A stretch of DNA of 64,000 nt from Deltaproteobacteria bacterium (lineage in GTDB: Bacteria; Myxococcota_A; UBA9160; PR03), in assembly GCA_035063765.1 (NCBI GenBank), contig JAPSFT010000001.1:7497-71496 (forward strand), written 5' to 3'. A model generated the notes under the pieces. The model worked only from the letters and a program-made list of their open reading frames with translations, was not told the origin of the DNA and ran no database searches. The translations under genes were made by a program, and so were the position numbers. The stretch's first letter is position 1; the number at the start of each line of letters is the position of its first letter. This document shows positions 26,151 through 39,350 of the stretch, one piece after another.

Positions 26151-26518
26151 CCGAGGCGCACGCGGGTCACGACCTCGGTCAGCTCGACGATCTGCGCGTG
26201 CGCGGCGCCGGCCGCGCCCAGGCGGCAGCTCGCGACGACGCGCTCGGCGGCCTCGGCGAGCGGCGGCAGGCCCAGCGCCTGCGCCTCGATCGCGAGCTCC
26301 GCCGCGCGCTTGGCCGCCTCCTCGAGCTGGCCCTCGGACTCCGCCTCCTGGATGCCGTCGATGCGCTCGCCGAGCGCGACGACGAAGACGTCGAGCTGCT
26401 CGAGCGCGTGATCGTCGACGAGCAGCGAGTGGATCGGGCCGGGGCGAGGGATCTCCACGCCGGGCCTATCGGAGCGCGCCGCAGCGAGCCTGAGGCGCTC
26501 GCGTACCATCCGGGCCAT
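26129..26518 (-). CDS. hypothetical helical protein (possibly Hpt-like but lacking the phospho-accepting His context)
   Basis: 129-aa ORF with a balanced E/L/A/V/I composition. It overlaps the convergent upstream gene by 22 nt. Its ATG shares a CATG with the divergent gene start at 26517. Confidence 0.5.
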   Translation of the reverse strand: MARMVRERLRLAAARSDRPGVEIPRPGPIHSLLVDDHALEQLDVFVVALGERIDGIQEAESEGQLEEAAKRAAELAIEAQALGLPPLAEAAERVVASCRLGAAGAAHAQIVELTEVVTRVRLGHRGSVF

Positions 26519-27215
26519 GCGCAGCGCCCGGAAGCCCAGCAGCTACTCGCTCCTGTTCACCTACGTGCTCCCCTATTTCGCCTACGTGCTCGCGCTCATG
26601 CTGCCCGAGACGCTGCTGCCCAGGCCCTGGGCCTACGCGCTCGCGATCGGCGCCAGCGCCGCCGGGATCGCCAGGGCCTGGCGCTGGTACGTGCCGCTGC
26701 GGGGGCCCCGCTCGCCGGCGGGGTCGGTCGCAGCCGGTCTCGCCGCGGGCGTCGCCGGGACGGCGCTCTGGCTCGTGATCAAGGCGCCCTTCTACGAGCC
26801 GGGCGGCGAGCCCTGGTCGCCGGCGGCCTTCTGGATGCGGGTGCTCGCCTCGACGACGGTCGTCGCGGTCTTCGAGGAGATGCTCTTCCGCGGCCTGCTC
26901 CTGCGCCTCGCCGTCACCTGGGACCGGCTGCGGCGCGCAGGTGCGAAGGAGCCCCTGGGCGATGCCCTCCACGAGCACGGTCCCGGCGACGTCGAGCCCG
27001 GGGGGTGGACGGTCCCCGCCCTCGTGCTCTCGTCGCTCGCCTTCGCGAGCGGTCATGCTCCCGCCGAATGGCCTGCGGCGACGGCCTACGGGCTCCTGAT
27101 GGCGGGGCTCTGGGTCTGGCGGAAGGACCTGCTCTCGTGCGTCGTCGCGCACGGGGTCACGAACTTCACTCTGGCCCTGTGGGTACGACACACGGGACAG
27201 TGGTCGGTCTGGTGA
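26517..27215 (+). CDS. CPBP-family intramembrane glutamic endopeptidase (CAAX-protease-like)
   Basis: The protein is multi-TM. It carries the signature motifs EEMLFRG, FASGH and HGVTNF. Confidence 0.85.
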   Translation: MRSARKPSSYSLLFTYVLPYFAYVLALMLPETLLPRPWAYALAIGASAAGIARAWRWYVPLRGPRSPAGSVAAGLAAGVAGTALWLVIKAPFYEPGGEPWSPAAFWMRVLASTTVVAVFEEMLFRGLLLRLAVTWDRLRRAGAKEPLGDALHEHGPGDVEPGGWTVPALVLSSLAFASGHAPAEWPAATAYGLLMAGLWVWRKDLLSCVVAHGVTNFTLALWVRHTGQWSVW

Positions 27216-27240
27216 TCCCCACGGGGCCAAACGTCATGGC

Positions 27241-27268
27241 TTTATTCATCGCTTCATTCGGATATATT
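27241..27268 (+). promoter_or_regulatory. promoter candidate (TTTATT-N16-TATATT) immediately upstream of metH
   Basis: This is an AT-rich 40-nt patch. TATATT ends 8 nt before ATG 27277, so any transcript from it would be nearly leaderless. Confidence 0.3.
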
Positions 27269-27276
27269 GATCGACC

Positions 27277-30948
<3,672 letters not shown>

Positions 30949-30967
30949 ACCCGGAGGGCGCGAGCCG

Positions 30968-31702
30968 GTGACGGCGCCGCTGGTCTTCGTGACGGGCGGC
31001 TCGAGCGGGATCGGCCGGGCGTTGATCGAGACGCTGCCCTGGCCCGCTGCGCGGGTCCTGAACCTGAGCCGGCGCGCGGGGCCCGCCGGGGCGGTGCCCG
31101 CCGAGCACGTCGCCGTGGACCTCGCGACCGCGAGCGGCTGGGATCACGCGGCGGCCTGTTTCGCGCGCGAGCTCGGGCGCTTCGGGGGGGAGCTCGCGGT
31201 CCTGGTCCAGGCGGCGGGGACGCTGACGCCGATCGCCTTCGCGGGCGAGGCGGCGGCCGGGCCGTATCGCATGAACGTGCTCCTCAACTCCGCGGCGCCC
31301 CAGATCCTCGGCGACGCCTTCCTGCGCGCGCTCGCCGCGAGCCGTGCCCGCGGCTGGATGCTCTGCATCGGCTCGGGCGCCGCGCGCAGCCCCTACGAGG
31401 GCTGGTCCGGCTACTGCGCGGGCAAGGCGGCCACCGACCACTGGGTACGCACCGCCGGCGCCGAACAGGCGCGGCGCGGCAATCGCTGCCGGATCCTGTG
31501 CGTGGCGCCGGGCGTCGTCGAGACGCCGATGCAGGCCGAGATCCGCGCGACGGCCGCGCGCGACTTCCCGCAGGTCGGGCGCTTCCGCGCGCTGCACCGG
31601 GAAGGCCAGCTCCGCGACCCGCTCGCCGTCGCGCGCGAGCTCTGGGCGCTGCGCGAGCGCGAGCTCGCGAACGGCGCCGTGATCGATCTGCGCGACGACT
31701 GA
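30968..31702 (+). CDS. short-chain dehydrogenase/reductase (SDR)
   Basis: TGGSSGIGRA (the Rossmann TGxxxGIG motif) and the catalytic YCAGKAA (YxxxK) are present. Confidence 0.85.
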   Translation: MTAPLVFVTGGSSGIGRALIETLPWPAARVLNLSRRAGPAGAVPAEHVAVDLATASGWDHAAACFARELGRFGGELAVLVQAAGTLTPIAFAGEAAAGPYRMNVLLNSAAPQILGDAFLRALAASRARGWMLCIGSGAARSPYEGWSGYCAGKAATDHWVRTAGAEQARRGNRCRILCVAPGVVETPMQAEIRATAARDFPQVGRFRALHREGQLRDPLAVARELWALRERELANGAVIDLRDD

Positions 31703-31743
31703 GCAGCGGGCGCTCCGCACCGTCTGCCCTACCCTGCGGGCCC

Positions 31744-32382
31744 GTGCCGCCCCTGCGCGCCGTGATCTTCGACCTCGGCGGGGTCGTGATGGGCTCGCCG
31801 CTCCACGCGATCGCCGCCTACGAGCGCGAGCTCGGAATCGCGCCGGGCAGCGTGAACCGGCTGGTGGTGGCGGCGGGGCCCGGCGGGGCCTGGTCGCGGC
31901 TCGAGCGGGGCGAGCTCGACCTCGAGGCCTTCTACCCCGCCTTCGACGCCGAGTGCGCGGGGGCGGGCCATCCCCTGTCGGCCCGCACGATGATGGAGCG
32001 CATCGCGCTCGCCGCGCAGCCCCGCCCGCGCATGCTCGCCGCCGTGCGCGCGATCCGGAGCCGCGGCCTGCGCACCGGCGCACTCACCAACAACTGGCAG
32101 GGCGACGGCACCCGCGAGCGCGACTGGCTCGCGACCCACTTCGACGCCGTCGTCGAGTCCGCGGTCGAAGGGCTGCGCAAGCCCGATCCTCGCATCTACG
32201 AGCGGGCGCTCGCGCGGCTCGCCGTGACGGCACGCGAGGCCGTGTTCCTCGACGACATCGGCCGCAACCTGAAGCCCGCGCGCGCGCTCGGCATGCACAC
32301 GATCAAGGTCGATGATCCGGACGCGGCGCTGGCGGCGCTCGAGGCGCTGCTCGGGTTCGCGCTCCGAGAAGAGGGCTCGTAG
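31744..32382 (+). CDS. HAD-superfamily hydrolase (epoxide-hydrolase N-terminal phosphatase-like subfamily)
   Basis: GTG at 31744 is in frame with ORF 31498..32382. Motif I is VIFDLGGVV, followed by TNN, KPDPRIY and FLDDIGRNL. Confidence 0.8.
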   Translation: MPPLRAVIFDLGGVVMGSPLHAIAAYERELGIAPGSVNRLVVAAGPGGAWSRLERGELDLEAFYPAFDAECAGAGHPLSARTMMERIALAAQPRPRMLAAVRAIRSRGLRTGALTNNWQGDGTRERDWLATHFDAVVESAVEGLRKPDPRIYERALARLAVTAREAVFLDDIGRNLKPARALGMHTIKVDDPDAALAALEALLGFALREEGS

Positions 32383-32398
32383 GTCGCTGGGGATCGCG

Positions 32399-32421
32399 AC
32401 GAGGGCCTTCGCGGCCCTCGT
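32399..32421 (+). terminator. GC-rich hairpin after the HAD gene (ACGAGGGCC-ttcgc-GGCCCTCGT)
   Basis: It has a 9-bp perfect stem and a 5-nt loop, 17 nt after the stop at 32382. There is no U-tract. Confidence 0.35.
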
Positions 32422-32530
32422 GGCGCCGACGGCGGCGAGCCTCGCAGGCCTCCTCGCGGCCTCGCTCCCGACTCGCGATTGCCGAGCGCCTTCCCTATCT
32501 TGCGCAGCCGTCTCCAACCGGAGAGGAACC

Positions 32531-33547
32531 ATGTCCCAGCTCCTGCACGTCGCGATCGCCGGCGCCACGGGCGCCGTCGGCGCGGAGTTCCTGCGCCTGC
32601 TCGAGCTGCGCGCGTACCCGATCGCGAAGCTGACGCTCCTCGCCAGCAAGCGCAGCGTCGGGCGCACGCTGCGCTTCCGCGGCGAGGAGATCCCCGTCCA
32701 GGAGCTCACGCCGCAAGCCTTCCAGGGCGTCGAGCACGCGTTCTTCAGCGCGGGGGCGAGCCAGAGCAAGGCCTTCGCCCAGGCGGCGGTCGACGCGGGC
32801 GCGGTCGTGATCGACAACTCGAGCGCGTTCCGGTACGTCGACGACATCCCGCTCGTGATCCCCGAGGTCAACCCGGACGACGCCTTCCGGCACGCCGGGA
32901 TCGTGGCCAACCCGAACTGCACGACCATCGTCGCGCTGATGGCGCTGGCGCCGCTGCATCGCGCCTTCGGCATCGAACGCGCGGTCATGTCGAGCTATCA
33001 GGCGATCAGCGGGGCGGGCGCGCAGGCGATGGCGGAGCTCGACCGGCAGGTGCACGACTGGGCCGCGGGGCGCCCGCTCGAGGTGAAGCACCAGCCGAAG
33101 CAGATCGCCTTCAACGTGATCCCCCGGATCGACGCCGTGCAGGACAACTTCTACACGAAGGAGGAGATGAAGTTCGTGTGGGAGGGCCGCAAGATCCTCC
33201 ACCACCCGGCGCTGCGCGCGACCGCCACCTGCGTCCGCGTACCGGTGTTCCGCTCCCACGCGGTGTCCTTGAATCTCGAGCTCGCGAAGCCGGCGACGCG
33301 TGCGGCCGCGCTCGCGGCGCTGCACGCCGCGCCGGGCCTGCGCGTCACCGACGACCCCGCCTCCGAGGTCTACCCGACACCGCTCGAGACCAGCGAGCAG
33401 GACGACGTCTTCGTCGGCCGCGTGCGCGAGGACGTCTCGGTGCCGGGCGGCCGCGGCCTTGCGCTCTGGGTGGTGGGCGACCAGCTCGGCAAGGGCGCGG
33501 CGCTCAACGCCGTGCAGATCGGCGAGCTCCTGATCCGCGGGCGCTGA
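32531..33547 (+). CDS. asd: aspartate-semialdehyde dehydrogenase
   Basis: ATG at 32531 (GGAGAGGA upstream) is in frame with ORF 32312..33547. The motifs GATGAVG, the active-site NPNCTT and DQLGKGAALNAVQ are present. Confidence 0.95.
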   Translation: MSQLLHVAIAGATGAVGAEFLRLLELRAYPIAKLTLLASKRSVGRTLRFRGEEIPVQELTPQAFQGVEHAFFSAGASQSKAFAQAAVDAGAVVIDNSSAFRYVDDIPLVIPEVNPDDAFRHAGIVANPNCTTIVALMALAPLHRAFGIERAVMSSYQAISGAGAQAMAELDRQVHDWAAGRPLEVKHQPKQIAFNVIPRIDAVQDNFYTKEEMKFVWEGRKILHHPALRATATCVRVPVFRSHAVSLNLELAKPATRAAALAALHAAPGLRVTDDPASEVYPTPLETSEQDDVFVGRVREDVSVPGGRGLALWVVGDQLGKGAALNAVQIGELLIRGR

Positions 33548-33639
33548 GGCCCGGCGCTCCGCCGACCTCGCGCGCCGCGGTCGAGTGGCGAAGGGGTTCG
33601 AGGGCCGTAGCGCACGGAGCTCCTCCGGGGCGCCGAGCG

Positions 33640-36168
33640 TCAGCCGGACGAAGCAGCCAGCGCGAGGGCGGCCTCGATGATCGCGAGGTGCGAGTAGGCC
33701 TGCGGCGTGTTGCCGAGCGAGAGCGTGGCGACGGGGTCGTACTGCTCGGAGAGCATGGCGGTCGGCCCCGCGCAGGCGGCCATCGCTTCGAAGAGCGCGC
33801 GGGCGTCGGAGCGGCGCCCGAGCGACAACAGGGCCTGCACGAGCCACGCGCTGCACAGGTGGAAGCCGCCCTCGCTGCCCGGCAGCCCGTCGTCCGCGCG
33901 ATAGCGGAAGACGGTCGGCCCCTCTCGCAGCCCCTGCTCCACCGCCTCCACCGTCGCGCGCCAGCGCGGGTCGGCTGCCGGCAGCAGGCCCGAGAGCCCG
34001 ACCGCGAGCGTGGCGGCGTCGAGGTCGCTGCCGTCGTAGGCCGCGGTGAAGGCGCCGGGCTGCTCCTTCCACCCGTGCTGCAGGACGTCCGCGGCGATGC
34101 GGTCCGCGAGCTCGCGCCAGTCGGCGCGCTCCCGGCCGTAGAGCTCGGCGATGCGCACGCCGCGATCGGCCGCGATCCAGCACATCACCTTCGAGTGCAG
34201 GTGGTGGCGCGGCGGGCGGCGGATCTCCCAGATCCCGTGATCCGGCTCCTGCCAGCGAGCGGCCACCGCCCCCACCAACCCCTCGACGAGCCGCCAGTGC
34301 TCCGAGGAGAGCGGCGCGTCGCGTTCGGCCAGCAGCGCCACCAGCTCGACGATCGGTCCGAACACGTCGAGCTGGAGCTGGTGGGCGGCCAGGTTCCCGA
34401 CCCGCACCGGGCGGCTGCCGCGATAGCCGGGCAGCTCGCCGATCTCGGCCTCCGAGCCGAGCGCTTCGCCCCCGACACCGTAGAGCGGCTGGAGTCGCTC
34501 GGGCGCAGCGATCCGGTCGACCACCGCGAGCACCCAGCCGAGGTAGTGGAGCGCTTCGCTCGTGCTGCCGAGCCGCACCAGCGCGGCCGCCGCGAGCGCG
34601 CCATCGCGGAGCCAGCAGTAGCGGTAGTCCCAGTTCCGGATCCCGCCCGGGTACTCGGGCAGGCTGGTCGTCGCGGCCGCGGCGATCGCGCCGGTCGGGC
34701 CGTGGCAGAGGGCCTTCAGCACGAGCGCACTGCGCCGGATCCGTTCGCCCCCCTCGCCTGGTACGACGAGGCCGCCGGCCCACGACGACCAGAACAGCTC
34801 CGTCTGGCGCTCGCGTTGCTCGGCCGGGGGCTGGCTCGCCCGCAGGCTGCCGGTTCCGTAGCGCAGCTCGAGCTCGATCGGCCCCGCGTCGAGGTCGAGC
34901 TCGGCGCGTGCAGTCTGGTGGGGGCCTTCGTCCGCGATCGTCCAGCGTACCCCCGGTGCCCGCAGCACGATCGGGTCGTTGCTCGGCTCGATCGCGAGCC
35001 CGCCGTCGAGCGCGCGCAGCCGGGTCGGGATGCGGCCGAAGTCGAGACGCGGTGCCAGCTCGACGCCGACCCGACCCTGCCCCTCGATGCGGCGCACGAG
35101 GTCGGTCCGACCCGCACGCAGATGGGGGCGACCGCCGGAGGCGTCGAGGAAGTCCACCACCCGGAAGCGTTGCCAGTGCGTCTCGAGCACGAAGGAGTCG
35201 CCGATCCAGCGCTGCCCGTGCGGGCGCTCGCCGTCGAGGGCCAGCACGGAGAAGTGTCCCGCGGCCGGGCCGCCGAGCAGCTCCGCGAAGAGTGCCGGCG
35301 AGTCGAGCCGCGGCAGACATAGCCAGGTGATCCGCGCGGCCGGCGTCACGAGCGCGAAGGTGCGCTGGTCGGAGAGGCAGGCATGGTCTTCGATCGGGAC
35401 CGCGCCAGCGCCCGCGAGCCACGCGGCGCGCAGCTCCGCGAGCTGCGCGAGCAGCCGCCCCACGGCCTCCGGATCCGGGATCCGCTGGATCGCGAGCGAG
35501 GAGCCTTCTCCGACCTTCACGGCCAGATCGGGCCCCGAGAGCGTCGCGAAGGCATCCTCGTCGGTGCGATCGTCGCCGACGAAGCAGACCGCGGTGGCGC
35601 CGACGCGCTGGCGGAGCTGGGCGAGCGCCATCCCCTTGTCGGTGGAGAGCACGGCCAGCTCGACCACCTTCTTGCCGTGGCGCGTGAACACGCCCTCGAG
35701 GGCGCCGGGGCCCTCCCGGACGGCGCGCAGCGCCTCCTGGGCGAGATCCTCGGGCGCCTCGCGGTAGTGGAAGGCCACGCTCGCGGGCTTCTCCTCGAGG
35801 CGTGCGCCCGGCAGGCGCGCGGCGATCCCCGCCAGGTCCTCGCGCACCCGCTGGCGCAGCGCGCGCGCCTCGTCCGGCAGCGAGCCCACGAAGTCCGGGT
35901 CGAACTCGCTGCCGTGGCTCCCGACCAGGTGCACGTCCTCGGGCTCACCGATCATGCCGGCCAGGTCGCGCAGCGCGCGGCCCGAGATCACCGCGACGTG
36001 GGTGTTGGCGAGACCCGCGAGCTGGCGCAGCGCCACCACCGACTCGCGCAGCGGCTGTGCCGCCGCCGGGTCCGGGACGATCGGCGCGAGCGTCCCGTCG
36101 TAGTCGGTCGCCACGAGGAGCACCGGCGTGCGGGCCAGCGCGGCGAGCCGGCGCTCGAGGTCGCTCAT
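33640..36168 (-). CDS. otsB: bifunctional trehalose-6-phosphate phosphatase (OtsB, HAD) fused to glycoside hydrolase family 15 (glucoamylase/trehalase-like) domain
   Basis: ATG at 36168 is in frame with ORF 33640..37470. The N-terminus reads LLVATDYDGTLAPIV ... GDDRTDEDAF. The C-terminal roughly 600 aa carry the GH15 pattern (NWDYRYCWLRDGA, LQLDVFG, WEIR, LSEQYDP). ATGA overlap with otsA. Confidence 0.88.
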   Translation of the reverse strand: MSDLERRLAALARTPVLLVATDYDGTLAPIVPDPAAAQPLRESVVALRQLAGLANTHVAVISGRALRDLAGMIGEPEDVHLVGSHGSEFDPDFVGSLPDEARALRQRVREDLAGIAARLPGARLEEKPASVAFHYREAPEDLAQEALRAVREGPGALEGVFTRHGKKVVELAVLSTDKGMALAQLRQRVGATAVCFVGDDRTDEDAFATLSGPDLAVKVGEGSSLAIQRIPDPEAVGRLLAQLAELRAAWLAGAGAVPIEDHACLSDQRTFALVTPAARITWLCLPRLDSPALFAELLGGPAAGHFSVLALDGERPHGQRWIGDSFVLETHWQRFRVVDFLDASGGRPHLRAGRTDLVRRIEGQGRVGVELAPRLDFGRIPTRLRALDGGLAIEPSNDPIVLRAPGVRWTIADEGPHQTARAELDLDAGPIELELRYGTGSLRASQPPAEQRERQTELFWSSWAGGLVVPGEGGERIRRSALVLKALCHGPTGAIAAAATTSLPEYPGGIRNWDYRYCWLRDGALAAAALVRLGSTSEALHYLGWVLAVVDRIAAPERLQPLYGVGGEALGSEAEIGELPGYRGSRPVRVGNLAAHQLQLDVFGPIVELVALLAERDAPLSSEHWRLVEGLVGAVAARWQEPDHGIWEIRRPPRHHLHSKVMCWIAADRGVRIAELYGRERADWRELADRIAADVLQHGWKEQPGAFTAAYDGSDLDAATLAVGLSGLLPAADPRWRATVEAVEQGLREGPTVFRYRADDGLPGSEGGFHLCSAWLVQALLSLGRRSDARALFEAMAACAGPTAMLSEQYDPVATLSLGNTPQAYSHLAIIEAALALAASSG

Positions 36169-37550
36169 CGCTCGAGCCCGGCCAGGAAGGAGCGCGCCCA
36201 GGCGTGGACGTCGTGCCGCGCGACGATCCGGCGCAGCGCCACCATGCGCCGCTCCTGCTCCGCCTCGGGCATCCCGACCGCCTCCACCATCGCGTCCTTG
36301 AGCCCCTCGACGTCGTAGGGGTTCACCTGGGACGCGCCGCGCAGCTCGTGCGCCGCACCCGTCATCTCCGACAGCATCAGCACGCCGCGCTCGTCGACGC
36401 GGGAGGCCACGTACTCCTTCGCGACCAGGTTCATGCCGTCGCGCACCGGTGTGACCAGCATCACGTCGGCGGTCCGGTACAGGGCGACCAGCTCGGGGAG
36501 CGAGAAGCTGCGGTGCAGATAGTGGACGGGGGCGCGGCCCACCTCGCCGAACTCCCCGTTGATCGAGCCCACCAGCCGCTCGACCTCGCTGCGCAGCGCC
36601 TGGTAGTCCTCCACCTCCTCGCGGCTCGGGACGGCCACCTGGACCAGCACGCACTGGCGCGGATCCAGGCGCTTCTCGCGCAGGAGCTCCTCGAAGGCCA
36701 GCAGCCGCACGTCGATGCCCTTCGTGTAGTCGAGCCGGTCGACGCCGAGCAGCACGCGCCGGGGGTGCCCGAGCCGGGCGCGGATCCCGGCGGCCATCCG
36801 GATCACCTCGGGGCTCTCGGCGACGCGCTCGAAGCGGGCCGTGTCGATCGAGATCGGGAAGGCCCCGAAGCGGCTCGCGTGGCCGTGGAGGCGCAGCTCG
36901 TCGCGCGCCCCCTCGGCACCCGCGTAGCGCCGGCACAGCACCGAGAAGTTGCGTGCGCCGACGACGGTCTGGAAGCCTACGACGTCGGCGCCCAGCAGAC
37001 CCTCCAGGATCTGGCGCCGCCACGGAAGCTGCGCGAAGAGCTCCTGGGGTGGGAAGGGGATGTGGAGGAAGAAGCCGATGCGCAGGTCCGGCCGCTGCTC
37101 GCGGATCATGAGGGGCACGAGCTGGAGGTGGTAGTCGTGCACCCAGACGATCGCGCCGGAGGCAGCCTCCTCGGTCGCGACCGCGGCGAAGATCCGGTTC
37201 ACCTCGACGTAGGCGGCCCACCAGGGCCGTTGGTACTGGGGAGGCCGCACGGCGTCGTGGTAGAGCGGCCAGAGCGTGCGATTGGAGAAGCCGTCGTAGT
37301 AGCGCTCGACCTGGCTGCGCGAGAGCGCTACCGGACGGAGCTGGATCCCCTGGCTCTCGAGTCGGCGCGGCGCGCTCGCGCCGCGGCCGGGCCAGCCGAC
37401 CCAGGTGCTCGAACGCTTGCGGAGGACCGGTCCGAGGGCGGAGACCAGGCCGCCCGGGCTCAGGTCCCACTCGTCCTCGCGGCCGCGCTGCGCGGTCACC
37501 GGAAGCCGATTCGAGACCACCACCAGCTCGCTACCCGCTCGTTTCGGCAC
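36165..37550 (-). CDS. otsA: alpha,alpha-trehalose-phosphate synthase (UDP-forming) OtsA
   Basis: 461-aa ORF with a GTG start. GT20 motifs are present: [41 protein letters not shown]. Confidence 0.95.
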   Translation of the reverse strand: MPKRAGSELVVVSNRLPVTAQRGREDEWDLSPGGLVSALGPVLRKRSSTWVGWPGRGASAPRRLESQGIQLRPVALSRSQVERYYDGFSNRTLWPLYHDAVRPPQYQRPWWAAYVEVNRIFAAVATEEAASGAIVWVHDYHLQLVPLMIREQRPDLRIGFFLHIPFPPQELFAQLPWRRQILEGLLGADVVGFQTVVGARNFSVLCRRYAGAEGARDELRLHGHASRFGAFPISIDTARFERVAESPEVIRMAAGIRARLGHPRRVLLGVDRLDYTKGIDVRLLAFEELLREKRLDPRQCVLVQVAVPSREEVEDYQALRSEVERLVGSINGEFGEVGRAPVHYLHRSFSLPELVALYRTADVMLVTPVRDGMNLVAKEYVASRVDERGVLMLSEMTGAAHELRGASQVNPYDVEGLKDAMVEAVGMPEAEQERRMVALRRIVARHDVHAWARSFLAGLER

Positions 37551-37646
37551 TCGCCCGGTACGCTCCGTCGCAGACAGCCCGTCGCGAGCCCGAGCCTAGC
37601 GCCATCGAGGCGGACGCAAAGTCGCGCGAGCGCTATCCAACCGCGC

Positions 37647-38666
37647 ATGGCCGAACCCACCCTGCACTACGCCCGCACGCGTGACGGCTGGCGGCTGGCC
37701 CTGCACCACCGCGCGCCGGCGCGCGGCGGCCACGGCGCGGCGCTCCTGCTGTGTCACGGCATGGGCTCGAACCGCTTCAACATGGACGGGCCCGGCCGGG
37801 CGAGCCTCGCGCGCCATCTCCAGGCCCTGGGCTGGGACGTGTGGGTGCTCGAGCTGCGTGGCGCGGGCCTGTCGCGGCGCCGGCTGCGCTTCCCGCGCGC
37901 GAGCTACGGCTGGACCTTCGAAGACTACGTCCAACACGACGTGCCGGCCGCGGTCTCGCTGGTGCGACAGCTCACCGGCCAGGAGCGGCTCCTGTGGGTC
38001 GGCCACTCGCTCGGCGGGATGATCGCGTACGCCGCGATGATGACGCCCCTCGCCGATGCCTTCGCCGGCGCCGTCACGCTCGCGTCGCCGGGCATGACCG
38101 ACATCGGCCACGAGGCGCTCGACCGCTGGATCGCGCTGCGCCGGCTCTTGCGCTTTGCGCCGGCGCGGCTTCCTGCGCGCTGCGCGGCGCGGGCCGGCTC
38201 GCCCCTCGCCGGCGCGATCGCCCGCACCGTACCGACGCTGGTTCGCGACTGGCTCTGGCACCCCGACAACCTCGACCTCGACGTGGTGCGCTTCATGATG
38301 CGACACGGGGTCGAGGACCTGCCCCGCTCGCTGCTGATCGAATTCGCCCGCTGGTACGACGCCAAACGCATGAGCGACCGCTACCGGATCTTCAGCTTCG
38401 GCGACCATCTCGAGCGGGTCCGCGTGCCGATGCTGGTGATCGCCGGCGCCCGGGACCGGCTGACGCCACCCGCAGATCTGGCTCGCCTGGTCGAGCGACT
38501 GGGCTCGAGCGACAAGACCTTCTGGGTGGCAGGGCACGCGTCCGGCCTCGCCCACGAGTACAGCCACGTCGATCTCGTGCTCGGCCGCCACGCGCCCGAC
38601 GAGATCTACCCCGTCGTGGCCGCCTGGCTCGCCGACCACGCACCGGGAGCCGCGGGCCGGTCCTGA
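37647..38666 (+). CDS. alpha/beta-fold hydrolase
   Basis: ATG at 37647 is in frame with ORF 35802..38666. It has the nucleophile elbow GHSLGG, and the late acid/His region reads AGARD ... SHVD. Confidence 0.8.
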   Translation: MAEPTLHYARTRDGWRLALHHRAPARGGHGAALLLCHGMGSNRFNMDGPGRASLARHLQALGWDVWVLELRGAGLSRRRLRFPRASYGWTFEDYVQHDVPAAVSLVRQLTGQERLLWVGHSLGGMIAYAAMMTPLADAFAGAVTLASPGMTDIGHEALDRWIALRRLLRFAPARLPARCAARAGSPLAGAIARTVPTLVRDWLWHPDNLDLDVVRFMMRHGVEDLPRSLLIEFARWYDAKRMSDRYRIFSFGDHLERVRVPMLVIAGARDRLTPPADLARLVERLGSSDKTFWVAGHASGLAHEYSHVDLVLGRHAPDEIYPVVAAWLADHAPGAAGRS

Positions 38667-38669
38667 TGC

Positions 38670-39350
38670 TCAGCCCGGAGCGGTCTGGTGTACCAGCTCG
38701 CGCAGGCGTTCGGGCCGCAGGAGCACGATGCGGCGGTTGTCGCGCCCGATGAGCCCCTCGGCGGAGAGCTCGCGCAGGGTCTGGTTCACGGTCTGGCGGG
38801 TGGCTCCCACCAGCGTCGCGAGCTCGCTCTGGGTGATCGGGATGTCGATCACGCGGTGACCGTTCTCGGTCTGCCCGAAGTCGGCCGCGAGCTCCCCGAG
38901 CATGCGCGCGACGCGCGTGCGCACGTTGCGGAAGACCAGGTCCTCGACCCGGCTCTCGATCTTCTTGAGCCGATCGCCGATCTGGAGGCTCACCTGGAAG
39001 GCGAGCGCGGAGCGAGCCGCGAGCACCTGCTGGAAGTTCTCGCGCGGGATCTTCCAGACCGCCGACGCGCGCACCGCCTCGGCGAAGCTCTCGCGCGGAT
39101 ACTCGCCGAAGGCCGGCAGCTCCCCGAAGACCTCACCCGGCGCCACGTAGCCGAAGCTGGTCTCACCGCCTCCCTCCGAGAGACGATAGATCCGGGCGAG
39201 GCCAGCCTGCAGCAGGTACACCGACTGGGGCTGCCGGGTGGGCGCGAAGATCAGCTCGCCGCGCGCGAAGCGGCGCAGACTGGCACCCCGCTCGAGCTCC
39301 GCCAGCTCGTCGTCTTCCATCCGCGACAGCCACTCGATGGTGCGCATCAT
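38670..39350 (-). CDS. Crp/Fnr-family transcriptional regulator
   Basis: ATG at 39350 is in frame with ORF 38670..39821. It has a cNMP-binding-like barrel (GELIF ... VYLLQAGLARIY ... GEVFGE) and a C-terminal HTH (SELATLVGATRQTVNQTLREL). There is no N-terminal Fnr Cys cluster. Confidence 0.9.
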   Translation of the reverse strand: MMRTIEWLSRMEDDELAELERGASLRRFARGELIFAPTRQPQSVYLLQAGLARIYRLSEGGGETSFGYVAPGEVFGELPAFGEYPRESFAEAVRASAVWKIPRENFQQVLAARSALAFQVSLQIGDRLKKIESRVEDLVFRNVRTRVARMLGELAADFGQTENGHRVIDIPITQSELATLVGATRQTVNQTLRELSAEGLIGRDNRRIVLLRPERLRELVHQTAPG

